Positions 57,204 through 64,000 of a DNA stretch of 64,000 nucleotides are shown here, one piece after another. Below the pieces are notes generated by a model. The model saw only the letters and a program-made list of their open reading frames with translations, was not told where the DNA came from and ran no database searches. This stretch comes from an uncultured bacterium (lineage in GTDB: Bacteria; Patescibacteriota; Minisyncoccia; Phycocordibacterales; PALSA-1337): assembly GCA_903839725.1 (NCBI GenBank), contig CAIMDG010000002.1, forward strand, positions 305,117-369,116. The letters are read 5' to 3'. Made by a program: the position numbers and the translations under genes. How positions within the stretch are numbered: the first letter of the stretch is position 1; every line of letters begins with the position of its first letter.

Positions 57204-60038
57204 ATGAAGTATGTACTAAAAGTGTGTGTAAAATTATCGATTATTATTTCAGCGTTGGTATGGGGGATTTCACATGTTGAAGCGTCTACAGTTGTGCCGA
57301 GTACGCCTATATTGAGCGGTGTAGAGTGGACCGCTTCGGGCAGTCCGTATATTATCGAAAAAAGTGTATACGTAGATCGAAGGGGTAGTCTGACTATCGG
57401 CCCTGGTGTTGAGGTGATGCTGGCGAGTTCGTCGTTGTCTGGAAGGATATATGATCGTCCCAATATATATGTAAACGGGTCTCTAACACTCAATGGAACT
57501 GCGGAGGCTCCAATTTCTATTCATGATGTAGCCGGTATCAATATTGATTTTGGATCACTGGATGCTAAGTACAGTGTTATGGATATGCCTTTGGGTGTAA
57601 ATGCGGTTTCTTCATGGATACATATTGCTTCAAGTACTGTTAAGAATGCTGAGCAGGGTGTTCAGGATATTAATAGTTATATTCAGATAACAAATTCACG
57701 GATAGAACATAATGGTATCGGTGTATATGCGATGCCTGTCGGAGGACCACCTCTGGCCGGGGATAGCAACTCAACTGAAGTTGGTGGTGTTGGAAATGCC
57801 TTTGAAAATAGTCCTATACTGCTGGCCTTGAATGGAACAAAAAATCCTGTTGGTGTTTTCATTTCGAGTTCTACACTAATTGATAATTCAGAGTACGCAA
57901 TCAAAAATGATGGAGCAAACACGGTGCATGCAACCTATAATTGGTGGGGGAGTTCCGATGGTCCAGTGACTGCCACTTCGAGTCTGTTGAATGGGCTTGT
58001 TGAATATGACCCTTGGATAAAGCATGAGAAAGCCTGTTGTTCTAGCGTGCTTTTCATTCCTGGAATTGAAGGTAGTCGTTTGTATTCCGTAACTCCTGCA
58101 CGAGGTACAACGGCTACAAGTACGCGCCGGGTATGGGAACCACACAATAACACTGATGTTGCAAAGTTGTACTTGAATAGTATGGGCTCAAGCACAGATA
58201 CTTCTATATATTCAGATGGACCTATTGATGTGGCATATGGACTTAAAAGTATATATGGTTCATTCATGAAATTTCTTGATACTCTCTCATCACGAAATAT
58301 CGTCACTGAATGGAAATCGTTTGGATATGATTGGAGAAAATCGATTCCAGACATAGTTGCAGGGAATGAGAAAAGAGCTACAACAACACAATCTTTGATC
58401 GGTCTTATTCAAACGATGGCCTCAAGTTCGAAGACTGGTCAGGTAACATTAGTCGCGCACAGTAATGGTGGTTTGGTGGCAAAATATCTCGTGAAAGTAC
58501 TTACGGACTTGGGCAAGAGTAATCTTATAGATTCTGTACTAGGAGTAGCGGTGCCCTATGTAGGTACACCTGAAGCGATTCCCGATCTACTTCATGGATA
58601 TAATCAATCAATTCTCAGTGGGTTAATTTTGAAAGATAGTACTGCACGTAGTCTGGCAGTGAATATGCCAAGCATATATTCGCTCCTACCGTCAGCGGCA
58701 TATTTTGCGAAGGTATTAAGTCCCTCAATTGCATTCGCAAGTACGACAACGACGGGAATAAATAATGGGAGTTATCCCAAGGAATTAAATTCTATTTCAG
58801 CACAAAATTCATTTATTGCAGACACAAATAATGTACGTAAAAATCCAGCAGCGTCAGATACGTCTGTGCCCATAAAAGGGAACCAATTACTTCTCGGTGC
58901 GGCCGGATTGCTCCATGGAATAATTGATTCATTTGTTTGGCCAGAATCTATATCTCACTGGTCAATTCTTGGATGGAATATTCCTACAATCAAAACAGTG
59001 TTCTATCAAAGTACTGATCGTTGCGCACTCGCTCTGGCACATAGAACATGCCCACCACGACTTCTGTACGGTGCTTCAACAACTGCAATGGGTGATGGTA
59101 CGGTCGTTGCACCAAGTGCAGCATATGATACGAGCTCAGTTGTCTCTATTGATTTGAATCGTGTCTCAAAGTTAGAAAATATGAATATTAGTCATGCAAA
59201 TATTCTTGAATCGTCGACAACTCAGAAACAAATAGAAGATATCATCACTCACAAACAGCCCAGTAACGGCCAGTCTTCTATTCCTGGAATTTCTTACGGT
59301 GAACCAGAATATACCAAGGAGCCAACATTTATCGTTGTTCATTCGCAAGGACTGGTCGGCTTGAATGTCTACGATTCGTCTGGTCATCATACCGGTGAAA
59401 TGCCTGTGCCCACTGAGGTGACTGATGATGTAGTAAAGGCGTACGAAGAGACTATTCCTGGAAGTCGATATGAACAACTGGGGGACCAGAATAGATCAAT
59501 ATATATTCCTGATATGAGCGGACGATATTCGATAGTTGCACAAGGTTCTGGCGTGGGTTCATTTGATCTCAGTATTGATCGTGTACAAGGGGACACCATC
59601 TTAGACACAACTCACTTTGATGCTATTCCCGTGACACCAACAACAGTTGCTTCAACTACTATTAGTACTGGTGATACTGGAGTGACTACTACATCATCTT
59701 TGGCATCGTCTACGACAGTACTCACTATCGATGTTTCTGGTGGCGGATCGAATGTGTTGGTAGTACCACCAAATGTACAACCAGATACAACAACGTATTT
59801 GGATATATTTAAGAAATATATTGATAGGATGGACAGTTCACATAAACATTCGAAAGATATTTACAGGAGGATAGAGCGTCTGCAGGAATTATGGAAGAAA
59901 GGTGGACGTATAGATATTCACAAAGGGAAAGAATACGCAGGAAATTGGATGCGTCATATAAGATCAGACAAAGGATTGTTAGAGAAAAAAGATCAAGTGA
60001 TTGACGATATTGATAGATTTATCAGTCAGTTTGAATAG
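57204..60038 (+). CDS. Large secreted alpha/beta hydrolase (LCAT/lipase-like) with beta-helix N-terminus
   Basis: Signal peptide, W...SPY, NWWG..GP, FIPGIEGS, YDWR, AHSNGG nucleophile elbow, GDGTV, SH. Confidence 0.8.
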   Translation: MKYVLKVCVKLSIIISALVWGISHVEASTVVPSTPILSGVEWTASGSPYIIEKSVYVDRRGSLTIGPGVEVMLASSSLSGRIYDRPNIYVNGSLTLNGTAEAPISIHDVAGINIDFGSLDAKYSVMDMPLGVNAVSSWIHIASSTVKNAEQGVQDINSYIQITNSRIEHNGIGVYAMPVGGPPLAGDSNSTEVGGVGNAFENSPILLALNGTKNPVGVFISSSTLIDNSEYAIKNDGANTVHATYNWWGSSDGPVTATSSLLNGLVEYDPWIKHEKACCSSVLFIPGIEGSRLYSVTPARGTTATSTRRVWEPHNNTDVAKLYLNSMGSSTDTSIYSDGPIDVAYGLKSIYGSFMKFLDTLSSRNIVTEWKSFGYDWRKSIPDIVAGNEKRATTTQSLIGLIQTMASSSKTGQVTLVAHSNGGLVAKYLVKVLTDLGKSNLIDSVLGVAVPYVGTPEAIPDLLHGYNQSILSGLILKDSTARSLAVNMPSIYSLLPSAAYFAKVLSPSIAFASTTTTGINNGSYPKELNSISAQNSFIADTNNVRKNPAASDTSVPIKGNQLLLGAAGLLHGIIDSFVWPESISHWSILGWNIPTIKTVFYQSTDRCALALAHRTCPPRLLYGASTTAMGDGTVVAPSAAYDTSSVVSIDLNRVSKLENMNISHANILESSTTQKQIEDIITHKQPSNGQSSIPGISYGEPEYTKEPTFIVVHSQGLVGLNVYDSSGHHTGEMPVPTEVTDDVVKAYEETIPGSRYEQLGDQNRSIYIPDMSGRYSIVAQGSGVGSFDLSIDRVQGDTILDTTHFDAIPVTPTTVASTTISTGDTGVTTTSSLASSTTVLTIDVSGGGSNVLVVPPNVQPDTTTYLDIFKKYIDRMDSSHKHSKDIYRRIERLQELWKKGGRIDIHKGKEYAGNWMRHIRSDKGLLEKKDQVIDDIDRFISQFE

Positions 60039-60040
60039 AA

Positions 60041-60110
60041 CGCTACGAATCTACGAATAACCTGCCTGCCCTGCATGCGCAGGCATGGCATGGCAGGCGT
60101 GAATACAACG
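60041..60110. repeat. Composite ACGAAT + CCTGC palindromic mini-element
   Basis: Shares CGCTACGAATCTAC and an inverted 22-mer with the insertion in recO. Confidence 0.75.
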
Positions 60111-60120
60111 GATAGGTATC

Positions 60121-60159
60121 CCAAACAAAAAACCGCCGAGATGGCGGTTTTTTGTTTGG
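60121..60159. terminator. Bidirectional terminator
   Basis: CCAAACAAAAAACCGCC-GAGAT-GGCGGTTTTTTGTTTGG. Confidence 0.85.
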
Positions 60160-60171
60160 GGTGAAAGTGAA

Positions 60172-60564
60172 TTATTTGAACTCAACCTTTCCGCCTGCTG
60201 CTTCGATCTGCTTCTTCAAAGCTTCTGCATCTTCCTTCTTCATACCATCCTTGAGGAGAGTAGGAGCGGCATCAACGAGATCCTTTGCTTCCTTGAGACC
60301 AAGGGCAAGAACTTCCTTGACGATCTTGATAACAGCAATCTTTGTTGCACCTGATGATGCGAGGTGTACTGCAACAGTACTCTTCTCATCACCGGCTGCT
60401 GCTGCGGCTACTGGAGCGGCAACTGCTGTAGCTGCTGCTGAAACGCCGAATTTCTTCTCGAAGAGCTTAACGAGCTCATTCAAATCGAGGACCGACATAG
60501 TTTCAATCGCTTCAACGATTGATTTGAACTTTGCTGGAATTTCTACTGGTGTGTTATTTTCCAT
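60172..60564 (-). CDS. rplL: 50S ribosomal protein L7/L12
   Basis: [24 protein letters not shown]. Confidence 0.97.
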   Translation of the reverse strand: MENNTPVEIPAKFKSIVEAIETMSVLDLNELVKLFEKKFGVSAAATAVAAPVAAAAAGDEKSTVAVHLASSGATKIAVIKIVKEVLALGLKEAKDLVDAAPTLLKDGMKKEDAEALKKQIEAAGGKVEFK

Positions 60565-60583
60565 GTTTTTATAAATTAGTTAA

Positions 60584-61072
60584 TTATGCTTTCTTCTGTG
60601 CAATCTTATCGAGTGCGACAACCAATCCTTGGATAGGTGAGTTGATGACATTGACGAACATACCGTAGAGAGTTTGAACTGGAGGAATTGATGCGATAAC
60701 AGTCATTTCTTCTTTGTTCATGAACTTTCCTTCGAATACGCCGCCGACGATAGAAACCTGACCTTTGTATTTCTTTTCAAATTCGTACACGCCACGTGCA
60801 GGAGCAACGAGATCTACGCCATATGCGAGACCAAATTCTCCAACGAGAGCGGGTGCAGTACCTGTGTACTTCTTATTTGTTAATGCAATAGAGGTGAGGG
60901 TCTTCTTTGCAACGAAAAATCCAACCTTGTCTGCACGCAACTTGCGACGCATAACTGTTGAATCCGAAACCTTGAGTCCGTGGACGTTCACAAAGACGAG
61001 TGACTGAGCACCGCCCATGATCTTTTCCAATTTCTCAATGATCTCTTTTTTCTGAACTTTTGTTCGAGCCAT
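60584..61072 (-). CDS. rplJ: 50S ribosomal protein L10
   Basis: K...I..L, GL.V, RRKLR, VAKKTL, GG.FEG; upstream of rplL. Confidence 0.95.
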   Translation of the reverse strand: MARTKVQKKEIIEKLEKIMGGAQSLVFVNVHGLKVSDSTVMRRKLRADKVGFFVAKKTLTSIALTNKKYTGTAPALVGEFGLAYGVDLVAPARGVYEFEKKYKGQVSIVGGVFEGKFMNKEEMTVIASIPPVQTLYGMFVNVINSPIQGLVVALDKIAQKKA

Positions 61073-61080
61073 ATGTTGTT

Positions 61081-61163
61081 AAATTACAAATTTCAAATAT
61101 CAATTTTCAAACCAGCATTTAGATGTGGTTTGTTTGAACATTGGAATTTGGTTTTTGATATTT
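61081..61163. repeat. Inverted heptamer-repeat tract in rplJ leader
   Basis: AAATTAC AAATTTC AAATATC AATTTTC ... reverse-complement-like units. Confidence 0.7.
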
Positions 61164-61217
61164 CTAGTTGCCTTGGGCAACTGGTTCGACCTTTTATAGG
61201 CCTAATAGAGATGAATA

Positions 61218-61264
61218 CCTCGGAAGGTCTTGTATCCTTATATAAGGATTGCCTTCTGTCTTAG
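61218..61264 (-). promoter_or_regulatory. L10 leader (rplJL autoregulatory RNA) core
   Basis: Minus strand CTAAGACAGAAGG...CCTTCCGAGG matches the L10-leader kink-turn pattern, upstream of rplJ. Confidence 0.7.
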
Positions 61265-61307
61265 AGCCTTGGGAACAATATTACATGAATTTTGATTAAA
61301 CGCAAAT

Positions 61308-61415
61308 TGATGCAAATACGCGAATGTATGCGAATGACGCGAATAGAACGCACAGGAATCGAAAGTCGGATGCGACGTATTCGCGTCATTCGCATACATT
61401 TGCGTATTTACATCG
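61308..61415. repeat. GCGAAT/GCAAAT-family palindromic element, copy 3
   Basis: Near-perfect ~37-bp arms; loop is the reverse-complement homologue of the copy 2 loop. Confidence 0.85.
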
Positions 61416-61458
61416 CTATTTATTTGAAATAATTCTTTATAATGATAGACTACTTCCC

Positions 61459-62085
61459 ATGGACACTCTTACCGCATTATTTGGCAGCGAAACAAAAGTA
61501 AAATTGCTGCGATTATTTTTATTCAATCAAGGAACACCATTTCTCGTAAAAGAATTGGTAGAGAGAACGAAGTGCACATCAGGGTCGCTCAAGAAGGAAC
61601 TTTCTATGCTTGTAAAAGCTGATATCGTTCGTAAGAAAAATGTTTTAAAAGATATAGAGGTTATCAAGAACAAGAAAACAGTATTCAAGAAGCTCAAGGG
61701 GCCGGGTTTTATCTTGAACGACAAATTCCCGTATCTTGATTCGATCAAGAATCTTTTAACTGTTGCAAGTCTGAACGCCGATGATTCTTTGGCAAAGCGC
61801 TTCACCAATGCTGGTCGCGTGAAGTTATTCTTGGCAGCTGGTGTATTTATTCAGAACTGGGATTCACGCGTCGATCTTCTTATTGTCGGCGAAGAACTCA
61901 ATCTTCCTAAAATCGAATCAGTCATCAAGACTATCGAATCTGAAATTGGGAAGGAGATCGCGTATTCTGCATTTGAGACACAAGACTTCGAATATCGTCT
62001 TGGCATACATGATAGGTTGGTGCGGGATATTCTTGATTATCCGCATATAACATTGATCGATAGATTGGGAGTTGAACCACAATAA
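61459..62085 (+). CDS. Winged-HTH plus nucleotidyltransferase-like protein
   Basis: LFGS..KVKLLRLF N-terminus; GVF......VDLLIVG C-terminal MNT-like motif. Confidence 0.75.
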   Translation: MDTLTALFGSETKVKLLRLFLFNQGTPFLVKELVERTKCTSGSLKKELSMLVKADIVRKKNVLKDIEVIKNKKTVFKKLKGPGFILNDKFPYLDSIKNLLTVASLNADDSLAKRFTNAGRVKLFLAAGVFIQNWDSRVDLLIVGEELNLPKIESVIKTIESEIGKEIAYSAFETQDFEYRLGIHDRLVRDILDYPHITLIDRLGVEPQ

Positions 62086-62212
62086 TACAACAGCGAGGTA
62101 TATCCTCGCTGTTTTCGTGTCAGTTGAGTATCCACAGCTATACTTTTGCTTATTATATTCATGCTATAATTAGAGGTATTACAAGAAATAATTAATAGTT
62201 AACGTATATATT

Positions 62213-62908
62213 ATGAATACAGATTTTGGATTACAGAACTTGAATGACACATTCACTAGTGCATTTCTAGAAATGTGGCATGGTGTTGCTCGCGTGCTTC
62301 CTGCAGTTGTTATGGCACTCATCATCTTCATCGTAGGATGGATTGTTGCTGCTCTTATTGCAAAGCTCGTCGAAAGTATCATCAAGGCTTTGAAGGTAGA
62401 TGCTGCTCTCAAGAGTGCAGGTCTCGAAGATGTCGTAAAGCGCGCTGGTCACAATTTGAACTCTGGCCTTTTCGTAGGTACATTGGTTAAGTGGTTTGTG
62501 ATCGTTGTATCTTTGATGATGTCATTTAATATTCTTGGTCTTGCTCAAGTCAATGACTTCCTCCGCCAAGTAGCAGATTTCCTTCCAAAGGTTATCTTCG
62601 CTGTTCTCGTACTCATGGTTACTGTTGTTGTTGCAAGTGCATTGCAGAAGATCGTTGTTGCAAGTGCTCGCGCAGCAAATGTTAAATCAGCAGAACTCAT
62701 CGGTCGCGCTGCAAAGTGGGCCGTATGGATATTTGCAATTATCGTTGTCTTGGATTATCTCATCATGCCAGGTTTCGCACAGGGCATACTCACACCAGTT
62801 ATCTTTGGTCTCGCTCTTGCCTTTGGCCTTTCATTTGGTCTCGGTGGTAAGGAAACAGCACAAAGAATTATCGAGAAGACAGCACATCACGTTCTTGAAA
62901 AGGAATAG
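62213..62908 (+). CDS. TM_helix-repeat membrane protein (CmpX/MscS-associated)
   Basis: Two LP....A..I...G repeats, ALAFGLSFGLGG. Confidence 0.85.
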   Translation: MNTDFGLQNLNDTFTSAFLEMWHGVARVLPAVVMALIIFIVGWIVAALIAKLVESIIKALKVDAALKSAGLEDVVKRAGHNLNSGLFVGTLVKWFVIVVSLMMSFNILGLAQVNDFLRQVADFLPKVIFAVLVLMVTVVVASALQKIVVASARAANVKSAELIGRAAKWAVWIFAIIVVLDYLIMPGFAQGILTPVIFGLALAFGLSFGLGGKETAQRIIEKTAHHVLEKE

Positions 62909-62982
62909 TAGTCTCGTCTTTCGTATGTAAACAAAAAACAACTCTATAATACGAGTTGTTTTTTGTTGGTACGCTAATGTTA

Positions 62983-63122
62983 AAATTCCAAATAACAAGC
63001 ACCAAATGACAAATAAATTACAAACTACAAATTTCAACTTCTAAACCTTGTTAAATGGGTTTGGAAATTATGATTTTTGTATTGGTTATTATTTGTCATT
63101 TGGTGCTTGTTATTTGGAATTT
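62983..63122. repeat. Inverted heptamer-repeat hairpin
   Basis: Perfect 34-bp arms 62983-63016/63089-63122 made of AAATNNC-like units. Confidence 0.85.
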
Positions 63123-63123
63123 C

Positions 63124-63194
63124 TTGTCCACAGACTATCCACATGTAAGATAATAATAGAAAGGTATTGACTTCTTTTCACATATCCGTATACT
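63124..63194 (+). promoter_or_regulatory. Two DnaA-box-like 9-mers and rRNA promoter
   Basis: TTGTCCACA 63124, CTATCCACA 63135; TTGACT-16-TATACT at 63167-63194. Confidence 0.6.
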
Positions 63195-63575
63195 TATCCT
63201 CACTACCGAATGAATACAAGAAATACCCAATCACAGCGGCCATAGCCACACCCCGTCATTGGAGTGTTAAGCATGCCGCTCAATGAAGCGGTTTTTTCTT
63301 TTCAGAACGACAGAAACTTTGAAAACCACATATACTCAATCAAGTAAGGTTTGTGTGTGATGAGTAATTGCACACAAACAAAACGTACACGTCTCTCCGC
63401 CAACCGGCGGAAAGGGATGTGTACGTCATCCGCATTCGTTCGGGTCGAATGAATGCGGGCAGTTCATACGCTGTGAAGTGTATGAGCGAAGTAATGTAGG
63501 TATTTCTCGAAAGAGAAAATAGCATTCTGATGCAAATCAGAGTGCAAGAAAACAAAATGCGGTTTTTAAATTTCC

Positions 63576-64000
63576 TAATAGGAAATTAAGGGCGTATGGT
63601 GGATGCCTTGGCTTCATGGAGGCGATGAAAGACGCGGCGTGGCGGCGATACGCTTCGGGGAGGTGCCGAGCAACCTTTGATCCGAAGATGTCTGAATGGG
63701 GAAACCCCACCGAGTAAAACTTGGTGATCTAACACTTGATGTTAGAAGCGTACCCTGGGAAGTAAAACATTTCAGTACCAGGTGGAAAATAAACAAATAT
63801 GCATTCCGTGAGTAGCGGCGAGCGAAAGCGGAGATAGTCTAAACTTATTGTAGCAATACAATGAGGGTTGCAAGGTAGAGACGTACCATTTATGGTAGAG
63901 AAGTTACAAATCTTTTTATTAATCGAATGAGTTGGAAAGCTCAGCCCCAGAAGGTGATAGCCCTGTAAGTGAAAATAAAAAGACTTCTTTGTTTCTATTC
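63576..64000 (+). rRNA. rrl: 23S rRNA, 5' part (runs off the window)
   Basis: AAGGGCGTATGGTGGATGCCTTGG, GAATGGGGAAACCC, AAACATTTCAGTACC, AGTAGCGGCGAGCGAAA, GGTGATAGCCCTGTA; 5' end approximate. Confidence 0.97.

Noticed and set aside
61324-61458. 45-aa N-terminal extension of the wHTH gene
   Set aside because: Translated palindromic repeat; TGATAGACT-N7-ATG61459 marks the real start.
20489-63122. CRISPR array
   Set aside because: Repeats are dispersed hairpins or 7-nt tracts, not regularly spaced direct repeats with unique spacers; no cas genes.
63340-63796. Minus-strand ORFs near the end of the window
   Set aside because: Antisense to the rRNA leader and 23S rRNA.

Overview
Chromosomal segment of a small-genome bacterium, most likely Patescibacteria (CPR, Parcubacteria/OD1). 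This is inferred from the IleRS with an inserted histidine-phosphatase domain, alpha2-type GlyRS, rplK without rplA, an S-layer-like PG-binding protein, a pilin-like gene and many orphans. Standard code 11 fits. The backbone is housekeeping: trxA, rlmH, dsbA-VKOR, folD, secE-nusG-rplK, a dfr/cytidylyltransferase/deaminase/HIT/thyA/dut/glyA thymidylate cluster, argS, ileS, recO, glyQS, metG, tatD, rpsF-ssb-rpsR, efp, recA, ftsK, rplJL and the 5' end of a 23S rRNA gene with no 16S upstream. No CRISPR, tRNA, integrase or transposase was seen. The most interesting signals are non-coding. (1) Two GC-rich, G-U-rich, almost fully base-paired stretches (about 330 and 500 nt), each with its own TTGACA promoter and terminator, are candidate novel large ncRNAs. 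(2) A 60-nt core recurs (50/60 identical) inside two unrelated long stems. (3) Several short-repeat families form intergenic hairpins and also sit in-frame inside IleRS (4x), an RlmI-like methyltransferase and RecO. (4) Core genes mostly look leaderless (TGnTAnnnT-N6/7-ATG), whereas orphans come as self-contained TTGACA/SD/terminator cassettes, one flanked by a 23-bp direct repeat of the recA terminator. All product calls are from motif recognition by eye; no database search was run.
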